Below are positions 44,801 to 53,609 of a stretch of DNA of 59,649 nt, piece by piece. Every line of letters begins with the position of its first letter. The stretch's first letter is position 1. The stretch is from a virus (taxonomy: Duplodnaviria; Caudoviricetes), in the IMG/VR virus record IMGVR_UViG_3300034280_000211, positions 1 to 59,649 of that record; one strand, written 5' to 3'. The position numbers and the translations under genes are program-made. A model generated the notes under the pieces. The model worked only from the letters and a program-made list of their open reading frames with translations, did no database searches and had not been told where the DNA came from.

Positions 44801-46392
44801 CCCTGCCTCCCGAGTGCCGTCTGAAATGCCAGCATGGCGTTGTAGTAGGCGGTTGCTTGCGTGGCGTCCATTGAAGCGCCGACTGAGTGCGATTTGAGCC
44901 GCAGCGGCCACCAAGACGAGCCAACGCCGTTGTTGTTTTGGTTGTCCGAGAAGACATAAAACCGGATTGCTGACGAATCTGGCGCAACAGACGTAGATGA
45001 TGACGCTACTGAATTTCCGTTCCAGTAGAGATCCAGTTGCGTAGAACTGCTCCGGTTCGCCATCTGGAACCCGGCGGCATCGTATGCGGCATTACTTGCG
45101 GCGGCGGCCGCTGTTTTCCCCCAGTACGCCTGCACTGAACCAGCGGAAAACGGTTGTTTAAAGCAGGCGTAAATGCTGGTGCTAGAAGCGTCGGAACGGC
45201 AGCCAATCAAAAACCGACCTGAACTGGTCGTACCGCTCTCCTTCCATGCCGACAAGTGGCCGGTTGCAACCGTTGGAAGCGCATTAAGTGCTACCCCAGT
45301 GTCTAGTAATTTGCTCGTTCCATTTCCTAAAAGCCCACCTGTGCTTCCAGTTTCAACGTAATCGCCTGAGACAAAGTTGACATTAGTGTCTGTCGTGTTG
45401 CCGTACTGCGTTCCCGTGCGGCTCTGCCCGCGATAGAGCGGCACAAGTGCGGCCGAAAGCCCTGTGCCGCAGAACAGGTTGAGCCGGTAGAAACGGTCGC
45501 GGATGCCAGCCGCGTCGATGTCATTGCAGAACGTGTTGACCGCAGCCGCAGTGCTGGTGCTGACGGTGCCGCCGTTGGCGTAGACGCGGTCGATCCAGTC
45601 TTGGGCGTCTAGGTTGGCGACTTGCTGGGCGAGGGTGATTCCCCACTTGCGGCCAAGGTAACGCTCCACCGCCGTGCGCTGCTCAGTGGAAAGGGCCGAC
45701 GTGTAGATCAGCATCTCGGCCACCTGGCCCGTAAGGAGCAATGAGGACGATGCGCCAATCGACCCTACCGCAAAGTTTCCGGCGTTCGACCCAGTGTTTC
45801 CGCTTGTTGTGGAAAGTGACTGTGAAGTTCCGTTGACCCATGCCGATGCACTAATTCCATCCTGCCTGACGGTTACGACGCTGTAACTGCTACCGCTGTC
45901 TCCAGCCGCAAAGGCAGAGCTGTAGACGGTGCGGGAGCCGGTGGTGCCGGATGAATAGTAAAAGACGTACCCGCCGGTTGATTTGATCGTGAGGGCAAAC
46001 GAATCGGCACGGTCGAAAATGCACTGCTCGCCGCTGCCGCCCGTGCGGCGGTACACCACGAAGCCTGTCTTGGTGTTTGGATTCAGCACCGACGCGGACG
46101 TAGTAAAGATGCGGTCGCCGCCGTCGAAGGCCAATGCAGACTTGCCGTTTTGTGCAGACGCCGCGAACGATGGGGCTACGCTGTCGGCACCCGAGTTTGT
46201 CAGGTTCATGCCGCTGGTGGACTTGTCACCCCAGTATTTCACCGGCCCGTTGGCCGATACCGCGCCTGGGCCGCTGCTCGTCGGCCCCAGGATTGCACTG
46301 TCGGCGGGGTCCAGCCACAGCGCAAGGCTGGAGATCGAACGCGGGTTGAAGCCCGTCGCACGGGGCCGAAGCAAACGGGTCGACATTGGCAT
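44797..46392 (-). CDS. LamG/concanavalin-like two-domain structural (receptor-binding) protein
   Basis: L.LWLD..D, G...E..IY..ALS......E.YL..KWG, then a second lectin-like domain. Confidence 0.8.
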   Translation of the reverse strand: MPMSTRLLRPRATGFNPRSISSLALWLDPADSAILGPTSSGPGAVSANGPVKYWGDKSTSGMNLTNSGADSVAPSFAASAQNGKSALAFDGGDRIFTTSASVLNPNTKTGFVVYRRTGGSGEQCIFDRADSFALTIKSTGGYVFYYSSGTTGSRTVYSSAFAAGDSGSSYSVVTVRQDGISASAWVNGTSQSLSTTSGNTGSNAGNFAVGSIGASSSLLLTGQVAEMLIYTSALSTEQRTAVERYLGRKWGITLAQQVANLDAQDWIDRVYANGGTVSTSTAAAVNTFCNDIDAAGIRDRFYRLNLFCGTGLSAALVPLYRGQSRTGTQYGNTTDTNVNFVSGDYVETGSTGGLLGNGTSKLLDTGVALNALPTVATGHLSAWKESGTTSSGRFLIGCRSDASSTSIYACFKQPFSAGSVQAYWGKTAAAAASNAAYDAAGFQMANRSSSTQLDLYWNGNSVASSSTSVAPDSSAIRFYVFSDNQNNNGVGSSWWPLRLKSHSVGASMDATQATAYYNAMLAFQTALGRQG

Positions 46393-46426
46393 GGCAGGTG
46401 CGCTCTTGTAGGTTGATGGAGAGACG

Positions 46427-46753
46427 TTAGCCCTTCACCGACACCGTCATGGCGCAGGTGGTGGCACCGACGACGACAGGGGCGACGTAGGCAAAGCCGA
46501 AACAGGCGTCCGGAATGGGGTGCGCGCCTACGGTCACGGCGGTCGTCAGGGCGGAGCCGTCAGCGTAGATGCGGATCGGCGCGTCTTCGGAGCCAACCGA
46601 AACGTGCCAGTTGATCTGCGTGGCTCCGTTGGTGTTGCCGATGAGGACGCCGCCGCCGGCATACCGACCAAACGGGAATCGCGGCGTGGTGGTAGCGGCA
46701 GAAGACCCGGCCGTGATCACGGCCCCTGTGTGGAAACGCTCAATCTCGCTCAT
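46427..46753 (-). CDS. Small beta-rich virion protein
   Basis: Coupled ORF. Confidence 0.65.
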   Translation of the reverse strand: MSEIERFHTGAVITAGSSAATTTPRFPFGRYAGGGVLIGNTNGATQINWHVSVGSEDAPIRIYADGSALTTAVTVGAHPIPDACFGFAYVAPVVVGATTCAMTVSVKG

Positions 46754-47280
46754 GTTCGCCCTTTCGCTTTGTAGGCATGTTTGTCGATGAATCGCTCCCG
46801 CACTTCCCCGGCCTTGGCTCCCGGGTTCTTGCGGAGTTCCTTCCTGACCTCTTCGGCCACTATCCGTTCGTTGATCAGCTTCCGTTTCGGGGCGGCGGGG
46901 CCGGGGTCATAATTCACTGTCCCCGCTACGGACATGCGGCGCTTCTTGGCCACTCGCAGGACATCGTCGTTGGACGAGACCCACGCCTCCGGGTCTTGCC
47001 ACCGTCGCTTGTCGGCCAGACCGCCGCAGTAGTATTTGCCGGAGATATTGATCCCGGCTGCCTTGGCCTCTTTGATCATCCACTTCGCGGATTCGGCTGG
47101 CATGTCGTCCAACTGCTGGTTGTTCATGCGGCCCTGCATGAATGCCCGGTCGGAGCCTTTGGTCCCGGGAGCGATCTGAAGTGCGACCATTTCCGCGAAC
47201 CGCTCTCCATACTGAAGGGCGTTCTTGTAGACCTCCACAGCCTCTCGGCCGCGATCACTGATTTGCTGGGGGATTTGCAT
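46750..47280 (-). CDS. Hypothetical protein downstream of portal
   Basis: 176 aa; DP.AWVS motif. Confidence 0.7.
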   Translation of the reverse strand: MQIPQQISDRGREAVEVYKNALQYGERFAEMVALQIAPGTKGSDRAFMQGRMNNQQLDDMPAESAKWMIKEAKAAGINISGKYYCGGLADKRRWQDPEAWVSSNDDVLRVAKKRRMSVAGTVNYDPGPAAPKRKLINERIVAEEVRKELRKNPGAKAGEVRERFIDKHAYKAKGRT

Positions 47281-49249
47281 TGGGTTGTTCTTGTGGCGGC
47301 TGACCAGGGGGCGGACCCGGGGGAGGAGGTGGCGGAGGCGGAATCATGTAGCGAGCGACATCGACTTGCATGGCCTTGCCCCAGTCTTCCAAGAGGGCAT
47401 TGAAGAGTTCCGGCCTGCCGGCCTGGAGCAACCCCTGGGAAATGGGCGCAAGGATCTGCATGGCGTTGGTGATGTTTTCGATGCGGGTCGCGATGTTGGG
47501 CTTTCTCGCGGATCCGGCTTCGACGCGGTATGAGTACTCGCGGACGATGCTGTCAGGGTTCTCTCCCTGAACGTGCATGCCCCATGCCTGTGCGGCCATC
47601 GGGCCCAGGAGCGGTTCGACATCCTGGGGATAGATCAACCATCTCGCACACAGGGCTTCCTTGCGTGCGACCTCCGAGAGAGCGTCTTCCAAGATCGAAG
47701 CGTAGTCGTCCGGCCGTACCGAAATCTGTTCCGCCTTCACCTGGGCCTCTGCGGCTGACCGGAACTGGTTCCTGGTCATCCCGTACACCAGCTCAGTCAG
47801 ACCCACTCTGCGGTCAAAGAGTGCCGTGACCTCTGCGATGATCTGGTACATGTCCTGGGTCACCCCGGGCATGTTGAAGACCGAGATCACATCGTTGACC
47901 GACCGGCCGACCGCTTCGGAGATTTCGACAATGTTGAAGCCTTTCTCCGACTTCTCCAGGATCTTCGACTTCAGGTCTTGGTCCGCAGCCTTTGATACTC
48001 CGATCAACGTCTGCGATGAGGTCGCCACGCGGGTCGCGAGGAAGCTCATCGCCCAATTAATGAATCTCAATTCCCCGATACCAGGACGGATCAAAGAGAT
48101 CGGCCATGAGTATCCAGGTTTGCCGTGCCACGCGAGCAAGGTGAACGGCCAGCCGCCCGGTTCTGCCCAGAATGGAATCGGCCATTGGCAGGCCATGAAC
48201 ATCTGCTGAGACACGCCTGTTTCGTCTACCGGCTCCTGGAGCATGGGGAGCGGCATGTTCAGTGGAAATTCGACCCCTTCCGCCACAACTAGGTAGCAAT
48301 TTGGGCCCATGGCGTCGAACTTGCCACGGAGGTCCTTGTCTGCGTCCTTCAGCCGGTCACCGAAGCCGGTCTTAGAATAGATTTCCCAGTAGCAGATGAT
48401 GTCGTTCGTCTGGCCGTTGCGGCGCTTGGTCTCATAGCCGCGTTCCTTCTCGTCCGACCTGGAGGCATACGATTCCAAGTGGCCCTTCAGATCGTCGCGG
48501 GACAGACCGAACTTCGCTGCCACTTCATCGATGGGCTGAATACGCTTGCGGGCACACCAGCGGATGTCCTCAAACTCATCGGCATCCGGATCCCAGACGA
48601 GGTTGTCCACTGAGTCGTAGAACGATCCGGCGAACTTCACTGCACTTCCAGGAGGGGAGTACAGTTCGTGCCACCACACGCCAGCGCCTTTGATGAACGC
48701 CTCTTCTACAACCTTGCGGGAGTGCTGCTTCAGGTTCAGTTCGTTAGGCGTGTAGTTCAGGTACTGTTCCAGGAGCGCGGCGATGATCTTGCGGCGTTCG
48801 TAGTTAAACTGCTGCTGTTCCATGCCCTGCCGGTAAGCCATCATGCCCTGGTCAGGCATCATCACCGGCTGGCCATCCGGACCCATGACGGGACCGTTGG
48901 GCCCCATCTGCGGAACCGGCGGCTGCGGGAAGATCCCCAGGAGTGGCGCCGGGACGACGGGGTAGTCCTTCGGCGTCACTGCCCGGGTGGGATTCCGGTG
49001 ATGGATGACCGACGTAAAGAGGCGAACGGCCTCCCAAACGCGGTTCACGCAGATTCGCACGGCAGGAAGATCAATCCCCTTGGCATAGGCGCGGGCCTGT
49101 TCAGGACCCCACATGGCATCCGGATCGGAGGCGTAGAACCCCAGGGCTTCTTTTGCATCGTCACTGAAAGGTCGCTTATGGGTCTGCGCCAACTTTATCA
49201 GCTTTAACCAGCCGGCAGTGATTGGCGCAAGTGGATTATCAGTACTCAT
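47255..49249 (-). CDS. Portal protein
   Basis: About 664 aa following terminase; WDPDA, WEIY, G......G, SA.EA; Pro/Gln tail. Confidence 0.8.
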   Translation of the reverse strand: MSTDNPLAPITAGWLKLIKLAQTHKRPFSDDAKEALGFYASDPDAMWGPEQARAYAKGIDLPAVRICVNRVWEAVRLFTSVIHHRNPTRAVTPKDYPVVPAPLLGIFPQPPVPQMGPNGPVMGPDGQPVMMPDQGMMAYRQGMEQQQFNYERRKIIAALLEQYLNYTPNELNLKQHSRKVVEEAFIKGAGVWWHELYSPPGSAVKFAGSFYDSVDNLVWDPDADEFEDIRWCARKRIQPIDEVAAKFGLSRDDLKGHLESYASRSDEKERGYETKRRNGQTNDIICYWEIYSKTGFGDRLKDADKDLRGKFDAMGPNCYLVVAEGVEFPLNMPLPMLQEPVDETGVSQQMFMACQWPIPFWAEPGGWPFTLLAWHGKPGYSWPISLIRPGIGELRFINWAMSFLATRVATSSQTLIGVSKAADQDLKSKILEKSEKGFNIVEISEAVGRSVNDVISVFNMPGVTQDMYQIIAEVTALFDRRVGLTELVYGMTRNQFRSAAEAQVKAEQISVRPDDYASILEDALSEVARKEALCARWLIYPQDVEPLLGPMAAQAWGMHVQGENPDSIVREYSYRVEAGSARKPNIATRIENITNAMQILAPISQGLLQAGRPELFNALLEDWGKAMQVDVARYMIPPPPPPPPGPPPGQPPQEQPNANPPANQ

Positions 49250-49917
49250 CCGACCACCTTCCAGGACTCGCCGCGATGCAGCATCGCCTCTAGTAGCTCT
49301 ACGCGCTTTTGCAAGGCCCACACCTTGCGGTTGTAGTCAGCGTGCAGTTTCTGGTGTTTGCCACTTTGGACAACAACGAGGTTTTCCCATCGATTGTCGT
49401 CCTTAATGCCGTTCAAATGATGCACTTCTTCCTTGCGGCCAAGCATGCGGCGAAGATGCTCTGAGGCCACAAGGCGATGCTCCAATACGTAGCCGGCCTT
49501 GCTTGCCATTGGATGACTTGGGGCATGCACCATCACGTACCCCTGGACGGTGCGAGGACGGCCACCGCTCCACCTGGGGGCACATTCCCCCTTCCGATTC
49601 TTTGTAGAAGAGCCGCGAGATCGCAGCCCAACCCGTGCCGCCAGCCTGCGGCGGACTGTTGTTTGGCTGCACCTAAACTGCGAGGCTACTTCTGCGGTGG
49701 ACTTTTCGTCGCGCCAATATGCCAAAGCCATCTCATCTGCTGGCAGGCGGATTCGCTCGCCGCCTATCCGGAGAGCGAATCCCGCCTTGCGCAAATGCTG
49801 CCCAACCGTCTTTCCTGTGCCGAGCCCAAGGCTTTTTGCGATGCCTTCACACGTACGACCTTCGTCAAAATACATGCGGCGCAGGTCTTCGGTGCGGTAA
49901 TTCAGTCGGCTGGGCAT
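49246..49917 (-). CDS. HNH homing endonuclease with HTH repeats
   Basis: W.GGR, GYV.EHRLV, EVHH.NG.K.DNR.ENL. Confidence 0.9.
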   Translation of the reverse strand: MPSRLNYRTEDLRRMYFDEGRTCEGIAKSLGLGTGKTVGQHLRKAGFALRIGGERIRLPADEMALAYWRDEKSTAEVASQFRCSQTTVRRRLAARVGLRSRGSSTKNRKGECAPRWSGGRPRTVQGYVMVHAPSHPMASKAGYVLEHRLVASEHLRRMLGRKEEVHHLNGIKDDNRWENLVVVQSGKHQKLHADYNRKVWALQKRVELLEAMLHRGESWKVVG

Positions 49918-49926
49918 TGAACGCTC

Positions 49927-50238
49927 CTACTTCTTAGTGTCCTTTTCCGCCCGCTTCTCCAGCAGGGCGACACGTTCCGAGAGGATGGCAAGCTGCCCGG
50001 CCGGCTTGTGCTGCCAAAAACCGTAGGACTTCCACGCCGGGAACTCATTCACGCCCGGGTCATCGACATGGTGGACGGACGCTTTCTCCGTCCCGCCGTA
50101 GCCCGGAGAGATAGCCCACAACGTGAGGGTTCTGGCAGATACATCCGTGACCAGGGCCGGAACCGGCTTGGCCCCCTCATGGGCATGGAAGAACACAAAC
50201 TCGCCCAATTCGGCCTTGGGCATGATGAAATCGCTCAT
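49927..50238 (-). CDS. Hypothetical protein
   Basis: Coupled to the terL stop. Confidence 0.65.
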   Translation of the reverse strand: MSDFIMPKAELGEFVFFHAHEGAKPVPALVTDVSARTLTLWAISPGYGGTEKASVHHVDDPGVNEFPAWKSYGFWQHKPAGQLAILSERVALLEKRAEKDTKK

Positions 50239-51914
50239 TGGTATTTCCCTTTCGGAGAGAGGTACAAGACGCCGTCGTCGTCTTTCTGTTGGCGGCGGCG
50301 CTTGTCGGCCAGATACTTCACCCACCACGGCTCTGGCCCGGTGACCTTGGGGGGCTTGTGATACTTGGGTTCGTAGGCACACATGTACTCTGCGGCCTGA
50401 CAGGCGTGGACTTCGCCCCGCGTCTGTGGTTCGTCGGTCACGTAGACCTGACCGTTCACCGTAGTGGTCTTTTTGCGGTAGCGCTTAATCTCCCGCAGGA
50501 AGTTGGGGCATCCGCCCTCCAAGACTTTGAACCGCGTCGTCCCGTCTCCTTGGATGTGGAGGAGCTTCCGCATCAGCGCCGTGCGGGCCGGGATGTCGTC
50601 TGAGCCTGGAGTGAATCCAAAACCCGATATCTGCGAGCGGATGTTCCGCTTCTTCAGTTCCTCGCTGTATAGCTCATGCGGGAGCCTTCCTGACCCAAGA
50701 TCACGGAGCATGCCGCCGTGCATGTCCATGATCCAGTTGTAGAAGTGCTGGTTCTGTGCCTTTGCTGCGAACTGTTCTCCGAAAATCAGGGCGTTGCACT
50801 GCCGGATGTACAGTTCGTCATAGAACAGAATGAATCGTTCGTCAGGCGGGATGGCTGCGAAGAGGCACGCCATGACCGTATGCCCAGGGTCAATGGCAAC
50901 GTAGCGTGTCCAGTCGATGGGGACTTGCCCGTCAGGGAGGTGAGATCGGGGCATAACATGAACCGCCGTATTGAACGTCGGATACATGAGCGTGGATTCG
51001 GTGGTGAACTCACCCTCCGCACGCATGCGAAGTTCGTCTATGCCGAGAGCCGACCAGCGTTCGATGTTCTTCTTCTTCTCCTCGTCATCAATCGCGGAGT
51101 TGTCCAAGAAGCGCAGCGTGAACTTGCGGATGATTGCGTTAGGGTCGTTCTCAGACTTCTCGGCGCGTTCGCACAGTCCAAGGAGCGCATCGTTCTTGGA
51201 ATGTGGCATGGCCGACCAAATAAAGCGGCCTTTGCGATCCGCGAGGCGGGCTTGCATTTCCCCCACCCAAGCCTCATTCGACAAATCTTCGTCACACCAG
51301 ACCAAGTCGGCGGCGAAACCTTGGGGCGGTTCACCTTCTGATGAGAAGCAATAGATCGTCCATCCCGTGATGAGTTCAGCCTTCTGGAGATAGCCGGCGT
51401 TCTTCTGCACCCAGGCGATTTCTCGGATCATTCTTGGAGGGATAAGAGGAGGTGCTGGCTTGGCCTCTCCCCGTCTTGCATCGTCCTTGCCGGGAATGAA
51501 TGCCCGCCACTTGTTCGTCTCCTCATCCCGGATCATCCGGAACGCACCGGGGCGAAACAGGATCCTGTGGATGACCATGCCGATGTGGGTCCACCCCTTG
51601 CCCACGATCACAAGGTTGCCGCCCTCTTTGGGGTATTTGTTGTGCGGGTCTTGGCCTGTCGCAGCCCTGGCAATTTCCGCCGCAACACACAGCGTCTTCC
51701 CAGCACGGTTTCCGCCGATCACGATCCGCTCGCTCGCCATGCACTGGTGGATCTCGTCCTGCTTGGGCATGGGCGTGTATAGCCGCAACGCCTCAATACG
51801 ACGTTCCGCGATCTCCTGCTGCAACTCCTTCATGGAGTCCAGCGCGTGCTTCGTCATGCCCGCAATCGGGGCACTAGCGGTCGGAGGTGGGGGGATCTTG
51901 GGGTGCTTGCGCAT
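50235..51914 (-). CDS. terL: Terminase large subunit
   Basis: Walker A GGNRAGKT, Walker B LVWCDE, RNase H AIDPG. Confidence 0.92.
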   Translation of the reverse strand: MRKHPKIPPPPTASAPIAGMTKHALDSMKELQQEIAERRIEALRLYTPMPKQDEIHQCMASERIVIGGNRAGKTLCVAAEIARAATGQDPHNKYPKEGGNLVIVGKGWTHIGMVIHRILFRPGAFRMIRDEETNKWRAFIPGKDDARRGEAKPAPPLIPPRMIREIAWVQKNAGYLQKAELITGWTIYCFSSEGEPPQGFAADLVWCDEDLSNEAWVGEMQARLADRKGRFIWSAMPHSKNDALLGLCERAEKSENDPNAIIRKFTLRFLDNSAIDDEEKKKNIERWSALGIDELRMRAEGEFTTESTLMYPTFNTAVHVMPRSHLPDGQVPIDWTRYVAIDPGHTVMACLFAAIPPDERFILFYDELYIRQCNALIFGEQFAAKAQNQHFYNWIMDMHGGMLRDLGSGRLPHELYSEELKKRNIRSQISGFGFTPGSDDIPARTALMRKLLHIQGDGTTRFKVLEGGCPNFLREIKRYRKKTTTVNGQVYVTDEPQTRGEVHACQAAEYMCAYEPKYHKPPKVTGPEPWWVKYLADKRRRQQKDDDGVLYLSPKGKYQ

Positions 51915-52068
51915 TGAGTTCAGAAAGGACGATGTCTATGGCTTCCACTATCGACTTGTCGGACGGTCTTGTCCCGGTGAGAAACTCTGAGCAATACCGT
52001 CTCAGGTTCTTCAGGACGACGACCGCATCACCCAGCCGCTGGAGTTCCGTCTGCGTTTTCATGCTCAC
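51874..52068 (-). CDS. Hypothetical protein
   Basis: Coupled ORF. Confidence 0.45.
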   Translation of the reverse strand: MSMKTQTELQRLGDAVVVLKNLRRYCSEFLTGTRPSDKSIVEAIDIVLSELNAQAPQDPPTSDR

Positions 52069-52207
52069 CGCACTTTGTTTCCGGAGTTGTCATGGGGAAG
52101 CGACTGTCCCCGCTCTCCATCGGTGTCGGGGGATACCGGAGGCACAACCCAATCCGTGGATCCTTGTTGACTTCGATCCACCACTTGCAAGTTTCGCACT
52201 GCGTCAT
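52028..52207 (-). CDS. Small Cys-motif protein
   Basis: C..C..W...G.C..YPP...FP.....CGEH. Confidence 0.6.
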   Translation of the reverse strand: MTQCETCKWWIEVNKDPRIGLCLRYPPTPMESGDSRFPMTTPETKCGEHENADGTPAAG

Positions 52208-52709
52208 TGAGGTCTTTCTGTGGTAAGGCGTTGATGACCGTCGCCGCTTCCAGAACACGTTTCTGTAGCTCCGTTTCCAATTCGTCTTCGGACCAGAGGG
52301 TGAGCGGTTTCTTCGCACCACCATCTGCGGAATTTTGTGCAGTGAGCCGGACCATCGTCTCCAGCATCTTGGTCCTAAACGCACCGCCGGCAGGGGCGTC
52401 GTAGAACTGCTTCATCCAGGCGTTGCCGAACCCGGCCACGCCACCGAAGTAGGTGTAGAGGATCTCCACCAACTCAGACGAATGGGGGATGTTCGATCCA
52501 CCCAGGCGGGCGGCGGCGATGAAGAGATCGACCGCACCCTTCTCAATCTCTTCTAGCTTCTTGTCGGTCTTACGCTTGCGCTTCTTCTTCGCAATCGTAT
52601 TGCGGCAGTGACGGCACTTGGAGTGATAGCCGTCCTTCGACTTGTGGAAGTGTTTGGGGTCTAGCGGGTAGGTCTTGCCGCACTCGGCGCAGGTCCGTTC
52701 GCTAGACAC
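52065..52709 (-). CDS. Zn-finger protein, possible terminase small subunit
   Basis: CAEC..CRHC; helical; L...S.DEL; upstream of terL. Confidence 0.55.
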   Translation of the reverse strand: MSSERTCAECGKTYPLDPKHFHKSKDGYHSKCRHCRNTIAKKKRKRKTDKKLEEIEKGAVDLFIAAARLGGSNIPHSSELVEILYTYFGGVAGFGNAWMKQFYDAPAGGAFRTKMLETMVRLTAQNSADGGAKKPLTLWSEDELETELQKRVLEAATVINALPQKDLNDAVRNLQVVDRSQQGSTDWVVPPVSPDTDGERGQSLPHDNSGNKVR

Positions 52710-53559
52710 TCACTTTGAACTTGGGCTTCAGGTCCACGATCTTCACGGTCGAATCGAAGTTGGCTTCCCAAGACTGCTTCAGCTTCTCGGAGATGTGCTT
52801 GGCTTCAATGAACTGCGGCTTGCCGACGCACTTCGGCTTCCAGTGGCCCGCCCAAGCATCCCAGTTACAGAACAGCGGATTGTATCCCAGCTTCTGCGTG
52901 CCAACCAAAGAAAGATCGCGTGTCTGTGTAACATCTTCCGTGGACGCCTTCTCGGCCTGATACTTGTCGGGGTATTCGTAATAGAACCAGGGCTTGTCCG
53001 CTTCGGTATTGGGCTCCGTGAGTTCAAAGGCCCGCATGTCGTACATGATCAGACCCGTGGGGAGGGCGGCGCATTCCTGGATACCTGACATCTTCACGGC
53101 CTGAGACCGTTCGTACATCTTCAACTGGAAGTCCGGATTCGCATTCCCGGTCTGCATGTTCCGCCATTCAAAGACGTACACGCACTCCATCGGAGGCGGG
53201 CCGCAGTACGGGGCACCGATGACACACGGGCCCTTTTCGTAGTGGTCGTACAGGAAGTCGAAGGACGATGTGAAGAACGGTTTGCCGCACGGTTCGCAGT
53301 CGGGCTTCATGTCCGAATCGATCATCACCAACACATCCACCCCGTACTCGCGGGCCTGGAGAACGGCCCGGTTGCGGGTCATGGTGATCGGCGTGTCTGC
53401 GAGGTTCCAGATGCGGATGTTCTCAATCCGCGGATCCCGGGACGCCTCGGCAACGAGGGGTGTCATCCACTCACGGATGTCCGGGACTTCAGAGGAAATC
53501 CCGCCGTTGCCGCCGTAGGAGAAAGTAACCAGACCGACGTTCAGCTTGCGTTGTTGCAT
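52702..53559 (-). CDS. GT2-like glycosyltransferase
   Basis: RN..V, MIDSD (DxD), TG...., ED, H motifs. Confidence 0.7.
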   Translation of the reverse strand: MQQRKLNVGLVTFSYGGNGGISSEVPDIREWMTPLVAEASRDPRIENIRIWNLADTPITMTRNRAVLQAREYGVDVLVMIDSDMKPDCEPCGKPFFTSSFDFLYDHYEKGPCVIGAPYCGPPPMECVYVFEWRNMQTGNANPDFQLKMYERSQAVKMSGIQECAALPTGLIMYDMRAFELTEPNTEADKPWFYYEYPDKYQAEKASTEDVTQTRDLSLVGTQKLGYNPLFCNWDAWAGHWKPKCVGKPQFIEAKHISEKLKQSWEANFDSTVKIVDLKPKFKVSV

Positions 53560-53580
53560 GTATCACCTCGGGGGAGAGTG

Positions 53581-53609
53581 AGTGTATCAGATTAGTGGAC
53601 GGATGTCAA
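53581..53609 (-). promoter_or_regulatory. Sigma-70 promoter TTGACA-N17-TACACT
   Basis: Consensus -35 with 17-bp spacing, upstream of 53559. Confidence 0.8.
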
